Shown here piece by piece: positions 17,530 to 27,936 of a DNA stretch of 64,000 bases. The stretch covers positions 50,077 to 114,076 of the forward strand of contig JAQTQB010000010.1 of the NCBI GenBank assembly GCA_028712475.1, read 5' to 3'. Under the pieces are notes generated by a model. It saw only the letters and a program-made list of their open reading frames with translations. It made no database searches and was not told the DNA's origin. The position numbers were made by a program, and so were the translations under genes. The first letter of the stretch is position 1. Each line of letters starts with the position of its first letter. The stretch comes from Verrucomicrobiales bacterium (GTDB lineage: Bacteria; Verrucomicrobiota; Verrucomicrobiia; Limisphaerales; UBA11358).

Positions 17530-18254
17530 ATTCAAAATTAAAAAGCAGGAATTCAAAGCTGCCGTTCGTTTTCTCCAACTTTGCCATGACGGCTGACGGG
17601 AAAATCGCTTTTGCGGATCATAAGTTCGTTCCGTTTTCCAGCCGGCGTGACCGCGAACACATGATGGAATTGCGCGCTACCGCCGATGCGGTGATGTGCG
17701 GCACGAGGACAATTGAGGAAACGGGAACGGTCCTGGGTCCGGGCGGGGCGAAGTTCTGCAAATTACGGCGGAAAAACGGGCTGGCAGAATACAGCTTGCG
17801 CGTGATCGTCAGCGGCAGCGGCTCGGTCAATCCCGACCTGAACATTTTCAAAACGTGTTTCTCGCCCGTCATCGTGCTGACGACGGCACGGATTTCAAAA
17901 GCAAACCTGCAAAAACTCGAAGCGGTTGCCAGCGACGTAAAAATTTGCGGCCAGCGCAAAATAAATTTCCGCGACGCGCTCGGCTGGTTGCGCTCAAAAT
18001 GGAATGTGCAGCGACTGCTTTGCGAAGGCGGTGGTGAACTTCACGGCACCTTGGTCCGTGCCGGCCTGATGGACGAGATTTATCTGACGATCTGCCCGAA
18101 AATTTTCGGCGGCCGCACTGCGCCGACGATTGCCGATGGCAAAGGTTTGGAAAAATTGATGTTGGCAGCACAATTCCGGTTGCAGTCGGCACGCCCCCTT
18201 AAGGGCGAGTTATTCACCGTATTAATCCGGGCTAAAAACGGGCGTTTTGCTTGA
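17526..18254 (+). CDS. RibD C-terminal-domain (dihydrofolate-reductase-like) reductase
   Basis: FVFSNFAMTADGKIA, LRATADAVMCGTRTI, LLCEGGGELHGTL and DEIYLTICPKIFGG. ATGA overlap with the queA stop. Confidence 0.75.
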   Translation: MNSKLKSRNSKLPFVFSNFAMTADGKIAFADHKFVPFSSRRDREHMMELRATADAVMCGTRTIEETGTVLGPGGAKFCKLRRKNGLAEYSLRVIVSGSGSVNPDLNIFKTCFSPVIVLTTARISKANLQKLEAVASDVKICGQRKINFRDALGWLRSKWNVQRLLCEGGGELHGTLVRAGLMDEIYLTICPKIFGGRTAPTIADGKGLEKLMLAAQFRLQSARPLKGELFTVLIRAKNGRFA

Positions 18255-18324
18255 TATCCGCTTAATTATTGACCGGTTTTGACAAAAAAGTCCGCTCGTT
18301 TTTTATAATTTCCAAGCCAGCGGC

Positions 18325-18870
18325 TTACGGCTGACGCAGGATGGCCTTGGTCTCCGCCCAGCGCGCCAGCAGCCACAGCAAATCCGACAAACGATTCAGG
18401 AAAACCAAAACCTCCTCGTTCTTCAACTCGCCCGCCGCTTGCAAATCATACACCCGCCGTTCCGAGCGGCGGCAAACCGTCCGTGCCACGTCCAGCGCGG
18501 CGGAATGAATCGTCGCCCCCGGCGTCGCCCATCCTTTGAAACTGATGTTCTGCGCCTCGATTTCCTTGACCAGCGTTTCCAGCTTCGCCGTCAATTCCGG
18601 CGTCATGAGGGAAAAGCCGCCTTTGACGTAGCGCTCCAAGTCTTCACTCGCCACGGCCAGTTCGCCCATCAAAATCACGAGGTCTTTCTGGATGGCCAGC
18701 AGGCTGTCGCGGACAAAATCATGCTCTGCCGTCGCGCGCGCCAGGCCGAGCGCGGCGTTGAGTTCATCCACCGTGCCGTATGCCTCGACTCGCGGATGAT
18801 TTTTCGGCACGCGCCGGCCATACATCAAGCCCGTCGTTCCCGAATCTCCCGTTTTGGTGACAATGCTCAT
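18325..18870 (-). CDS. ATP:cob(I)alamin adenosyltransferase, PduO type
   Basis: N-terminal TKTGDSGTTGL and RVEAYGTVDELNAALG, typical of the PduO/MMAB family. Confidence 0.85.
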   Translation of the reverse strand: MSIVTKTGDSGTTGLMYGRRVPKNHPRVEAYGTVDELNAALGLARATAEHDFVRDSLLAIQKDLVILMGELAVASEDLERYVKGGFSLMTPELTAKLETLVKEIEAQNISFKGWATPGATIHSAALDVARTVCRRSERRVYDLQAAGELKNEEVLVFLNRLSDLLWLLARWAETKAILRQP

Positions 18871-18953
18871 ATCAATCGTAATCTTAGCGGCGCATCGGCA
18901 GACCGCCGCATTTATTTAACAAACTGAATCATCCGGCTTTCCGCCGAAAGCCG

Positions 18954-20012
18954 CTACTTCGCACTTTTCGCATTGGAAACCTTGTTCGTGCCAGCCGGGT
19001 TTGTTTTCGGCGGCGGGGGCGCAGTCAGTTTTTGATAAGCCAGAATCCCCTTCACAATCGCCGCCGCCATTTGTTTCCGATAGGCCGAATCAAAAATCTT
19101 TTTGCCTTCGCCCGGATGCGACATGTAACCACCCTCAATCAAAATCGCCGGCATCGCCGCGTCGCGCAAGACGGCGAACCGCGCCCGCCGCACGCCGCGA
19201 TCTTCCGCGTTCAGGCTTTGCACGAGGGATTTTTCCATCTGATAGGCAAACAGCAAACTTTTGCTTTCATAACGGTTCGCCATCGTCGCGGCCGACCCGC
19301 CGCCTTCACCCTGCGCGTTCGAGGAACTCGCGCCGACGGGCGTGATGCAATACGTCTCCGGCCCATCCACTTCATTTTTGCCGGATTGCGCCGCGTTGAA
19401 ATGCAGGCTCACAAACAAGTCCGCCCCGCGCTTGTTCGCCAGCGCCGGACGGTCGGGCAAATCCACATAGGTGTCCTTGCTGCGCGTAAGGAGGACATTA
19501 AACCCGGCTTTCTTAAGCTGGTCGCGCAGTTCCGACGCCAGCGCGAGCGTATAAATTTTTTCGTAATGCCAGGTGACGTGATTGCCGGAATCCCTGCCGC
19601 CGTGGCCGGGATCAATGCAGATGGTCGTGATTTTTTGCGGCTCAATGTAGCGCGACGGATACAACAACGGGCGGATCGTCTTGTCCAGGTCCAGTTGAGC
19701 GATGAGCGCCACGCCCTTCGCGTTCGCCACCGGAAACGAAAGCCGCACGTTCACACCGTTGATTTGCGACTCTGCAGAATCCACGTTGAACACCATCCGG
19801 GTCCACCGGCTGGTCACGGTGATTTCCTCGCCGCGCTTGGACCAGATTGTTTTCATGCCGTTCCCGCTCGCCCATTCCGCGAGCGGCACATAGCTGTGAC
19901 CGTTGATGAACGCTGCGTGCGCCGGCCCCGCGCAAAGCGCAAGGCCAGCAACAAGGAGCAGCGCAAAAATCTTGTTCACGGCGGCGCAACTTGCCCGCAC
20001 GCCGCGTTTCAT
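18954..20012 (-). CDS. N-acetylmuramoyl-L-alanine amidase (Amidase_3, AmiC-like) with signal peptide
   Basis: Signal peptide, then CIDPGHGGRDSG and ADLFVSLHFNA motifs. Confidence 0.85.
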   Translation of the reverse strand: MKRGVRASCAAVNKIFALLLVAGLALCAGPAHAAFINGHSYVPLAEWASGNGMKTIWSKRGEEITVTSRWTRMVFNVDSAESQINGVNVRLSFPVANAKGVALIAQLDLDKTIRPLLYPSRYIEPQKITTICIDPGHGGRDSGNHVTWHYEKIYTLALASELRDQLKKAGFNVLLTRSKDTYVDLPDRPALANKRGADLFVSLHFNAAQSGKNEVDGPETYCITPVGASSSNAQGEGGGSAATMANRYESKSLLFAYQMEKSLVQSLNAEDRGVRRARFAVLRDAAMPAILIEGGYMSHPGEGKKIFDSAYRKQMAAAIVKGILAYQKLTAPPPPKTNPAGTNKVSNAKSAK

Positions 20013-20093
20013 TCAAGGGAAATGACAAAATGCCAGCACATAAAAGTTTGATTTTCGGCGGCAATCGTTTTTAATTCATGGTTCAATTTTGAA

Positions 20094-21299
20094 ATGAACA
20101 TCCACGAATACCAAGCCAAGCAGTTGCTCGCCAGATATGGCGTAGCCGTCCCGCTCGAAATCCCCGCCAAATCGCTCGCCGAGGTGCGTCCGGCGGCGGA
20201 TAAAATCACCGCCAGCGGCAGTTCGCGCGTCGTCGTCAAATCGCAGATCCACGCCGGCGGACGCGGCAAGGGAACTTTTAAGTCCGGTTTTCAAGGCGGC
20301 GTGAAAGTCGCGGCGTCGGTGGATGAGGCCGTAGGCTTGGCCGAAAAAATGCTCGGCAATGTGCTTGTCACCAAACAAACCGGCGCGGATGGCCGCATGG
20401 TGCAGACGTTGCTGCTCGCGGCCGGTGCGAAGATTAAAAAGGAATTTTATTTCGCCGTGCTGCTCAACCGCGAAACGTCCCGCCCGCTCATCATGGCCAG
20501 CACCGAGGGCGGCATGGACATCGAGGAAGTCGCCGAGAAGCATCCCGAAAAGATATTCAAGGAATCCATTGATCCGGCGGTTGGTATCATGCCGTTTCAG
20601 GCGCGCAAAATTGCCGCCGCGCTCGGACTCAAGGGCGACTTGTTCAACGCAGGCGTGAAGCTCATCACCGGCGTCTATAACACCTGGTGGGAATGTGACG
20701 CCTCGATGGTGGAACTGAATCCGCTCGCCGTCGTCGAATTGGCAGATGGCAAAGAGACAGTCATGGCACTCGATGCGAAAATTTCTCTCGATGATAACGC
20801 GCTGTATCGCCACAAGGATATTTTGGAGATGCGCGATTTGAACGAGGAAGCGCCGCTCGAAATCGAGGCAAGCAAGTTCAATCTCAATTACATCAAGTTG
20901 GACGGAAGCATCGCGTGCCTCGTCAACGGTGCCGGTCTTGCAATGTCCACGATGGACATCATCCAGCATTTCGGCGGCAATCCGGCGAACTTCCTCGATG
21001 TCGGTGGCGGCGCAAGCAAGGAGCAGGTCACGGCGGCGTTCAAGATCATTTTGAGCGACCCAAACGTGAAGGGGATTTTGGTGAACATCTTTGGTGGCAT
21101 CATGGACTGCAACGTCATCGCCACCGGCATCGTCGCGGCGGTGAAGGAAACGCACTTGAACATCCCGCTCGTCGTGCGGCTCGAAGGCAACAATGTCGTG
21201 GCCGGCAAGAAAACGCTGGCCGAATCCGGCGTAGCCATCATCACCGGCGATTCGATGGCCGACGCGGCGCAGAAAGTGGTCAAAGCCGTGGGTAAGTGA
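20094..21299 (+). CDS. sucC: Succinate--CoA ligase (ADP-forming) beta subunit
   Basis: [13 protein letters not shown]-terminus. Full-length ATP-grasp plus ligase-CoA sequence. Confidence 0.95.
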   Translation: MNIHEYQAKQLLARYGVAVPLEIPAKSLAEVRPAADKITASGSSRVVVKSQIHAGGRGKGTFKSGFQGGVKVAASVDEAVGLAEKMLGNVLVTKQTGADGRMVQTLLLAAGAKIKKEFYFAVLLNRETSRPLIMASTEGGMDIEEVAEKHPEKIFKESIDPAVGIMPFQARKIAAALGLKGDLFNAGVKLITGVYNTWWECDASMVELNPLAVVELADGKETVMALDAKISLDDNALYRHKDILEMRDLNEEAPLEIEASKFNLNYIKLDGSIACLVNGAGLAMSTMDIIQHFGGNPANFLDVGGGASKEQVTAAFKIILSDPNVKGILVNIFGGIMDCNVIATGIVAAVKETHLNIPLVVRLEGNNVVAGKKTLAESGVAIITGDSMADAAQKVVKAVGK

Positions 21300-21613
21300 A
21301 CGAATTGACGACGACGATGGCGCAGCGCATCAAAGCAATACAGGCGGACGTGCCGGTCGTCAGCGACCTTGACACATATCGTCAGCTGGTGGAATTACAG
21401 AAACAGATGATCCAACTGTCCCAACAAAATAAACAGGCCAAGCAGGAATGCGACGAACTGCGTGCGCAGGTGGTGGCGAAAGCCAGTGCCCGGCATGGCG
21501 CGCGTCCCAATGTTCACCCAAAAGCCGGCAGAGCATTCAAAATGCTGGCCGGCAGGGTTGCAGTTAAGTCAAATCTGGCTTTGTTGATCAGCAAAAAAAC
21601 CTCGCCATGCTGA
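21296..21613 (+). CDS. Hypothetical coiled-coil protein (105 aa) between sucC and sucD
   Basis: GTGA overlap with the sucC stop and a 7-nt overlap with the next ATG. Contains a Gln/Lys-rich heptad-like segment. No recognised family. Confidence 0.4.
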   Translation: MNELTTTMAQRIKAIQADVPVVSDLDTYRQLVELQKQMIQLSQQNKQAKQECDELRAQVVAKASARHGARPNVHPKAGRAFKMLAGRVAVKSNLALLISKKTSPC

Positions 21614-21975
21614 AAGTCACCGAAATCGCGTTCAGTTGCTACGCCGTCACCGACATGGCGCGGGCGCGGAAATTTTATGAGGACGTGCTCGGTCTGAAAC
21701 CGACGACCGTCCACGATTCAGAACACGGCAAATGGGTGGAATATGAATTCGGCCCGCATGCCTTGGCCATCGGTTCATCGCCGATGTTCAAGCCGGGTCC
21801 CGATGGTTGTTCCGTGGCGCTGGAGGTGGAAAATTTTGACGACGCCATCGCGCACTTGCGCGCGCACAACGTGAAATTTCGCATCGAGCCGATGCCCACG
21901 CCCGTCTGCCACATGGCGATGGTTTTTGATCCTGATGGCAACACCATTTGCATTCACAAGCGGAAGAAATCGTAA
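21607..21975 (+). CDS. VOC (glyoxalase/bleomycin-resistance/dioxygenase) family protein
   Basis: 122 aa. beta-alpha-beta-beta-beta VOC-like pattern ([13 protein letters not shown].., [15 protein letters not shown]). Confidence 0.75.
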   Translation: MLKVTEIAFSCYAVTDMARARKFYEDVLGLKPTTVHDSEHGKWVEYEFGPHALAIGSSPMFKPGPDGCSVALEVENFDDAIAHLRAHNVKFRIEPMPTPVCHMAMVFDPDGNTICIHKRKKS

Positions 21976-22004
21976 ATCGTAAATCTGAAATCGTAAATTT
22001 CATC

Positions 22005-22907
22005 ATGTCTATTCTCGTTAAACCCAACACCAAGGTTCTCGTCCAAGGCATCACCGGCAGCTTTGGCGCGAAGCACGCGCAACTCTCCATTGATTACGGC
22101 ACGCAGATCGTCGCCGGCGTCACGCCCGGCAAAGGCGGACAATTCTTCGAGCACAGCGGCAAGAAGGTTCCCATCTTCGACACCGTCGCCGACGCGGTGA
22201 AACAAACTGGCGCGACCGCCAGCGCCGTGTTCGTTCCCCCGCCCTTCGCCGCCGATGCGATTCTTGAAGGCGCTGATGCCGGGCTTGATCTCGTTGTCGC
22301 CATCACGGAAGGAATTCCCGTGCGCGACATGGTGCGGGTGAAACGCGCGCTGGAAGGCAACATCAAGACGCGGCTCATCGGACCGAACTGCCCCGGCATC
22401 GTGACGCCCGGTGAAGGCAAGGATTCCCACGGCGGCTGCCGCATCGGCATTGCGCCCGGCTACATTCACAAGAAGGGCAACATCGGCGTGGTTTCGCGCA
22501 GCGGCACATTGACTTACGAAGCGGTGTGGCAGCTTACATCGCGCGGCGTGGGTCAAAGCACCTGCGTCGGCATCGGCGGCGATCCGGTCAACGGCACATC
22601 GCACCTCGACGTCATCAAACTTTTCAACGAAGACCCCGACACGCACGGCATCATCATGATTGGCGAAATCGGCGGCAGCACGGAGGAAGAAGCCGCCGAG
22701 TGGATCAAGAAAAATTGCAAGAAGCCGGTTGCCGGATTCATCGCCGGTGCGACTGCGCCGCCCGGACGCCGCATGGGCCATGCGGGTGCGATCGTCAGCG
22801 GCGGCAAAGGAACGGCGGAGGCGAAGATCGCGGCGTTCAAGGCGGCGGGCATCGGCATTTCCGTCACGCCCAGCGAAATGGCGGACACGTTGCTGCGGAT
22901 GATGTGA
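22005..22907 (+). CDS. sucD: Succinate--CoA ligase alpha subunit
   Basis: Starts [21 protein letters not shown]. Contains SRSGTLTYE and the catalytic-His region GHAGAI. Confidence 0.95.
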   Translation: MSILVKPNTKVLVQGITGSFGAKHAQLSIDYGTQIVAGVTPGKGGQFFEHSGKKVPIFDTVADAVKQTGATASAVFVPPPFAADAILEGADAGLDLVVAITEGIPVRDMVRVKRALEGNIKTRLIGPNCPGIVTPGEGKDSHGGCRIGIAPGYIHKKGNIGVVSRSGTLTYEAVWQLTSRGVGQSTCVGIGGDPVNGTSHLDVIKLFNEDPDTHGIIMIGEIGGSTEEEAAEWIKKNCKKPVAGFIAGATAPPGRRMGHAGAIVSGGKGTAEAKIAAFKAAGIGISVTPSEMADTLLRMM

Positions 22908-22987
22908 CGTGTGGCAGGTGACAAGTGTCGAGAAGCGCCGCTTGACATTTAGTCGCGTCACATGACACCTGTCACTTGTCACTTTCA

Positions 22988-23836
22988 ATGGGCTGCGTTG
23001 ATTTCATCCTGAACCTTGCCGGCGTGCTGCTGTGGATCAAATGGTGGTCGCTGCCGTTCGATCCCATCCACAAACGGACGCCCGCCACGCTCGTCGGCAC
23101 GCTGCGTCGCGCGGCACCGTCGCATTTTCGGCGCTGGCATCTGCTGTTGGCCATCGGCGGATTGCTGTTTTTGCGCGCGGTGTTTTACTGGCAGATTGGT
23201 TCTGCATCCACACCAGCCTGGGTGGGAAAACTGCATCTGGAAACCACCGTCCTGACGTTCGCCAGCAATTCATTCGGGCGGATGTTATTGTTCTCGACGT
23301 TTAGTTTTGGACTGGCGCTGGGTGTGTTTTATGTGTGGTTGCTGCTCCTTTCGATCCTGGCCGGGCCAGCGGCTACGGAACAGCCCGTCCACCGGCTGGT
23401 GCGGATACCCTTGGGTGGAATGGACAGATGGCCGTGCTTGGTAAAAATCATTTCGCCGTTTGCCGGCACGGCGTTGCTTTGGTGGCTGGCAAGCTGGCTG
23501 CTTGTGCGGCTGGAAATCGTCCCCCGGCCAGTCTCCGCCGCGCACCGCATCGAGGAATCACTGGTCATCGGACTGGGCAGCTATCTCGCCTGGAAATTTC
23601 TCGCCGCCGCGCTGCTCGTTCTGCGCCTGCTGAACACTTACATTTATTTCGGGAAGCATCCGTTCTGGAATTACGTCAACGCGACCGCGCAAGTCCTGCT
23701 CGCGCCGTTGCAGAAAATTCCCCTGCGCGCGGGCAGGGCGGATTTTGCGCCGGTGGTTGGAATCGTGCTGGTATTTTTCGCGGGAGAACTGCTTGAACGC
23801 AGCCTGGTTTATCTCTACGCACGGCTGCCGTTTTGA
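22988..23836 (+). CDS. Polytopic membrane protein with a C-terminal YGGT-like segment
   Basis: Several TM helices. The C-terminal stretch NYVNATAQVLLAPLQKIPLRAGRADFAPVVGIVLVF resembles the YggT repeat. The start is uncertain (22976 or 22988). Confidence 0.5.
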   Translation: MGCVDFILNLAGVLLWIKWWSLPFDPIHKRTPATLVGTLRRAAPSHFRRWHLLLAIGGLLFLRAVFYWQIGSASTPAWVGKLHLETTVLTFASNSFGRMLLFSTFSFGLALGVFYVWLLLLSILAGPAATEQPVHRLVRIPLGGMDRWPCLVKIISPFAGTALLWWLASWLLVRLEIVPRPVSAAHRIEESLVIGLGSYLAWKFLAAALLVLRLLNTYIYFGKHPFWNYVNATAQVLLAPLQKIPLRAGRADFAPVVGIVLVFFAGELLERSLVYLYARLPF

Positions 23837-23842
23837 AAACAG

Positions 23843-24943
23843 TCAGACTGCTTTCGCCTTGGGAAGTTTGATGGTGACGGTCGTGCCGGAACCTTTGGAA
23901 CCTTCGATGGAAAGCGTGCCGCCGTGCAGTTCCGCCAGCCGCTTGGAAATGACGAGGCCGAGACCCAATCCCTGCTGCTCCTGCATCTTGCGGTCAAACT
24001 GCATATACGCGCCGATGCGCCGGATCTGTTCGGTGGAAAATCCGCGCCCCCCGTCGTGGACGGAAAGCTCCACGCCATTGAACGTCTCGGCCAGCGTGAC
24101 CCGCACGGACGAACCGGCCTCGGAAAATTTGAAGGCGTTCTGCACGAGTTCGTTCACGATCTTGGTGAAATATTCCCCGGACATCGGCACGGGAACATTC
24201 ACCGCCTCGATTTTTAAATCGTTCAGGCGGCCGGCCTGCACGGCCTGCGCCCCGGCGATTTTCTCGATGATCGCCGCCGGCTGTTCCGCCCTGCCAATCC
24301 GCAACGCATTGACGTTTTTAGGATCGGCGGCGATCAGTTCAAGCTGCGCGTAGATCAAAAAATTCTCAATGAGCCGTTCGAGCCGCTGGCTGGACTTCAA
24401 AATTTCCTGGCCCATCTCGGCCACATCATTCGCCTTGAGCGTGGCGGCGGATGCAGCAAGCAGTTCAGCGTTGGAAATGATGCCGTTGAGCGGCGTGCGC
24501 ATTTCGTGCGGCATCATCAGGCTGATGTTGTCGCGCAGATGACGGAGCTTGCTTTCAGCCTCGTCGCGCACGGTCTGGGATTTTTTCAGGCGCGCCTCCA
24601 CGGCGGCGTAAAGCACCTCGGTCGTGAACGGCTTGGGCAGATAATCATCCGCGCCCAGCTCCATGCCGTGCCGCATCCCGGCGTTGTCGGCCAGGCCGGT
24701 CATCAGGATGAATGGAATCGCGGCGGTCGGCGCCTCGGTGCGGAGCGCGGCCAAGGTGAGATAACCGTCCACCTTGCCCATGTTCACATCGCAGAGGATG
24801 AGGTCGGGCAATTCCTGCCGCGCCTTCTCGATGCCTTCCTGGCCGTTGTGCGCCTCGACGACTTCATAGCCGCGCTGCCGGAGCGCGAGCTGGATCATCT
24901 CGCGCAACCATTCTTCGTCATCAATGATCAGGATTTTTTTCAC
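23843..24943 (-). CDS. Hybrid response regulator/histidine kinase (REC-HisKA-HATPase_c)
   Basis: REC domain (DLILCDVNMGKVDGY), H-box HEMRTPLNGI, and G-boxes (GGRGFS, GLGLGLVISKRLAELHGG). Confidence 0.85.
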   Translation of the reverse strand: MKKILIIDDEEWLREMIQLALRQRGYEVVEAHNGQEGIEKARQELPDLILCDVNMGKVDGYLTLAALRTEAPTAAIPFILMTGLADNAGMRHGMELGADDYLPKPFTTEVLYAAVEARLKKSQTVRDEAESKLRHLRDNISLMMPHEMRTPLNGIISNAELLAASAATLKANDVAEMGQEILKSSQRLERLIENFLIYAQLELIAADPKNVNALRIGRAEQPAAIIEKIAGAQAVQAGRLNDLKIEAVNVPVPMSGEYFTKIVNELVQNAFKFSEAGSSVRVTLAETFNGVELSVHDGGRGFSTEQIRRIGAYMQFDRKMQEQQGLGLGLVISKRLAELHGGTLSIEGSKGSGTTVTIKLPKAKAV

Positions 24944-24961
24944 AACTTATGCGGGGCAAAA

Positions 24962-26257
24962 TTATTTCCGGGCTTCCAGGGGAACGTAATTATTGATCGT
25001 GCGTCCGGTGTAAATCTGGCGCGGGCGATAGATGCGGCTCTTCGGCTCATCCATGATTTCCTTGTAGTTCGCGATCCAGCCGGGCATCCGGCCGATGGCG
25101 AAAATCACCGTGAACATCTCCATGGGAATCCCGATGGCGCGCATGATGATGCCGCTGTAAAAATCCACGTTCGGATACAGCTTGCGTTCGACAAAATAAG
25201 AATCTTTCAACGCCGCTTCTTCCAGCTTCTTCGCGATGTCCAGCAACGGATCGCTGATGTTCAGCTTCGCCAGCACATCGTCACACGCCTTTTTGATGAT
25301 CGTGGCGCGCGGGTCGTGGTTTTTATAAACGCGATGGCCGAAGCCCATGAGCTTCTTGCCGCTGTTCTTGTCCTTTGCCGCCGTGATGAATTTCGACCCG
25401 TCGTCGCCGGAGCGATGGATGTCTTCGAGCATCTCCAGCACCGCTTGGTTCGCGCCGCCGTGCAGCGGACCCCAGAGAGCGCACACGCCCGCCGCGCAAC
25501 TGGCAAACAGGTTTGCCTGGGACGATGCCACCATGCGCACCGTCGAGGTGGAACAGTTCTGTTCGTGATCCGCGTGCAAAAGGAAAATCAGGTCCAGCGC
25601 CTTGACCACTTCCGGTTTGATTTCAAAATCTTCATACGGCATCGAGAACATCATGTGCAGGAAGTTCGCCGTGTATTTGTAATTCTGCTTTGGATAGATC
25701 AGCGGCAGCCCCTTGGATTTGCGATACGAATACGCCGCGATCGTCCGCACCTGCGAAATCAGCCGCGCCACATAAACGTCGAACTCCGTGTTCTTGCCCC
25801 ATTTCCAGTTCATCAGCCCTTCGTCAAAGCAGCTCGCCGCGTTGATCATCGCCGAGAGGATTGCCATCGGATGCGCCCCCGTCGGGAACCCCTCGAAATG
25901 GAACTTCATGTCCTCGTGCAAAAACTGGTTGGCCGTGAGCAGGTTGGAAAACTTCTTCAACTGCGGCCGGTTCGGCAGGTCGCCGTAGATGATCAGAAAT
26001 GCCGTCTCGATGAAATTGGATTTCTCCGCCATCTCCTCGATCGGAATGCCGCGATAGCGCAAAACCCCTTTGTCGCCGTCAATGAACGTCACCTTGCTGA
26101 TGCACGAACCGGTGTTGCCGTAGCCGTCGTCCAGCGTGATGTAATTGGTGTTCGCGCGCAGCGAGGAAACGTCCACCGCCTTTTCACCCTCGCTGCCCTC
26201 GACCGTCGGCAGCGTGAAAACCTTTCCGTCCAGTTCCAGTTTGGCTTCGTTGCTCAT
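24962..26257 (-). CDS. gltA: Citrate synthase
   Basis: 431 aa. [14 protein letters not shown] signature plus full-length similarity pattern. Confidence 0.95.
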   Translation of the reverse strand: MSNEAKLELDGKVFTLPTVEGSEGEKAVDVSSLRANTNYITLDDGYGNTGSCISKVTFIDGDKGVLRYRGIPIEEMAEKSNFIETAFLIIYGDLPNRPQLKKFSNLLTANQFLHEDMKFHFEGFPTGAHPMAILSAMINAASCFDEGLMNWKWGKNTEFDVYVARLISQVRTIAAYSYRKSKGLPLIYPKQNYKYTANFLHMMFSMPYEDFEIKPEVVKALDLIFLLHADHEQNCSTSTVRMVASSQANLFASCAAGVCALWGPLHGGANQAVLEMLEDIHRSGDDGSKFITAAKDKNSGKKLMGFGHRVYKNHDPRATIIKKACDDVLAKLNISDPLLDIAKKLEEAALKDSYFVERKLYPNVDFYSGIIMRAIGIPMEMFTVIFAIGRMPGWIANYKEIMDEPKSRIYRPRQIYTGRTINNYVPLEARK

Positions 26258-26400
26258 GACTTCTTATTGTAATTAATTATTATTGCACAAATCTGCCGAC
26301 GAATGGAAAACTTGGCAAGCCGCGAAAGTCAACTTTCGCAAAAAACCCTGCGCCGATTTAGCTGGCGCGGGGTTCAACTTCGTGGCGAAATCAAAAAGTT

Positions 26401-27174
26401 ATGAAACGCTGGGCTGTCCTGACTGTTCTGCTTTACGCACTTGCGCTGCTGGTATTGACCGCGCCGGTCGTCCTCATCGCCTTTGGAAATTGGGGCAAAA
26501 ACGAAAACAACATCGGGCTGCACGAGGTTTTCCAAATGTATTCGAGCTGGGGCTACTGGCTCTGGTTCGGGATCCTCGTCGCGGGCCAGGCCTTGCTGCT
26601 CCTGCTGCCCATCAACATCGCTGAACGCCGCCTGCCCTCGCGCCGTCCGCTGAAAATTCCCGTCATCGTCACCGCCTTTTTCCTGGCGAACCTTTTCATC
26701 GCGGGAACCTTTTCCCTGCTGTGCGTCGCGTTCCATGACGATGCGTTTTACTGTTTTTCCTTTGTTGACTGGCTTTGCGGCCACGTCGCGCAGAATGCCG
26801 ATGGCCAGCCGGGATCAGTTCAAACGACCAATTGGGGAACCTTCTCCAGCATCACCATCGTGGTCATCTTTTTTTGGGTCATCTGGGCCTTCATCTTCCG
26901 CCGCTTCGCCAAGGCGGACGACGAAATCTCGCTGACAAAACGCGCCACCCGCTGGCTGCTGCGCGGCAGCATTCTTGAACTGCTCGTCGCCGTGCCCAGC
27001 CATGTCATTGTCCGCCGCCGTGACGATTGCTGCGCGCCTGCCGGGACGCTCTGGGGAATTGCGACCGGAATTTCCGTGATGTTGCTCTGCTTCGGCCCCG
27101 GGGTTTACTTCCTGTTCGTCGAACGCTGCCGGAAGTTAAAGCCAAAACCGGCGGATGCGGATAAACAAGTTTGA
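26401..27174 (+). CDS. Hypothetical polytopic membrane protein
   Basis: 257 aa with about 6 hydrophobic helices and a conserved-looking RRRDDCCAPAG loop. No recognised family. Confidence 0.5.
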   Translation: MKRWAVLTVLLYALALLVLTAPVVLIAFGNWGKNENNIGLHEVFQMYSSWGYWLWFGILVAGQALLLLLPINIAERRLPSRRPLKIPVIVTAFFLANLFIAGTFSLLCVAFHDDAFYCFSFVDWLCGHVAQNADGQPGSVQTTNWGTFSSITIVVIFFWVIWAFIFRRFAKADDEISLTKRATRWLLRGSILELLVAVPSHVIVRRRDDCCAPAGTLWGIATGISVMLLCFGPGVYFLFVERCRKLKPKPADADKQV

Positions 27175-27207
27175 TTTCATTGTCAGCCACGGAGTAGCGC
27201 AAGAAAG

Positions 27208-27352
27208 TAGCCCACGGTGAAACCGTGGGATTTATGACCGAAAGATTTTCAAGCCCCGGATGGGGCGGCAGAAAAACCGCGCGACTTGTCTTCCGCCCCA
27301 TTCCGGGGCTGGATTTTTGCGAACGATTTACCCACGGTTGCACCGTGGGCTT
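27208..27352. repeat. Three-hairpin intergenic repeat element (MITE/REP-like)
   Basis: Terminal hairpins CCCACGGTGAAACCGTGGG (27211-27229) and CCCACGGTTGCACCGTGGG (27331-27349) flank a long stem, AGCCCCGGATGGGGCGG (27252-27268) paired with CCGCCCCATTCCGGGGCT (27293-27310). Confidence 0.55.
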
Positions 27353-27472
27353 ACTGCCGTCCGCTGCTCCGCAGCTAAAAAATGAATTTGCCAGCACGTC
27401 CGGATGAAAGCTGGAAATTTCGCCCGCGCATTTCTATGGACAAAGGATTTTTCCGGAAATAAAGTCGGAAAC

Positions 27473-27826
27473 ATGATTGATTTCATCGCCATCGCTCGTC
27501 GCTGCTTGCAGCCGCTTGCTGATCGAGGTTTTACTTTTTGGGATGAGCGGCAATGTCGTGAAGATCGTTTTGAATGTCAGCGAGGCGACCTTGAAATCAG
27601 AGTCAGTTATGAAATATTCGGACCGCCGTGGTGCGACCTGCGCCGGGCTGGAAAATTCGTGCGAAGGATAGAGGTCAAGTCGGACTTTCCGTCTTCGACA
27701 CCACTGGCAACGACACCTCCACCGTATTCTTTTTCCGAGACACTGCTTCAGAAACACGCAGATGAGCTTGAGGTCTGGTGCCAGAAACTATTGAGAACAT
27801 TGGAAGATGAGAAGGTTATTTCCTAA
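27473..27826 (+). CDS. Hypothetical protein (lower GC)
   Basis: ORF 27404..27826. The likely start is MIDFIAIARR. No recognised motifs. Confidence 0.35.
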   Translation: MIDFIAIARRCLQPLADRGFTFWDERQCREDRFECQRGDLEIRVSYEIFGPPWCDLRRAGKFVRRIEVKSDFPSSTPLATTPPPYSFSETLLQKHADELEVWCQKLLRTLEDEKVIS

Positions 27827-27936
27827 TCTTGCATTGAGCTTCAAATTTCCTTCGCCCATCTCGCGTGCCATCGCACGGCCTTCAATAAATTTCCGCTTTA
27901 GCTTTCGCGCGCCGCACTTTAACTTGCGCGCTGCCA

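Noticed and set aside
21607-21975. VOC protein as methylmalonyl-CoA epimerase, given its position in the suc operon
   Set aside because: The first beta-strand reads IAFSCYAV and lacks the metal-ligand His expected there in epimerases/glyoxalase I. I kept the generic VOC call.
26330-26375. Hairpins GCGAAAGT-CA-ACTTTCGC and CCCTGCGCC..GGCGCGGGG in the gltA / membrane-protein divergent region, considered as terminators or a riboswitch
   Set aside because: They sit between divergent starts, so nothing needs terminating there. They lack U-tracts in the right orientation and match no known regulatory RNA that I recognise.
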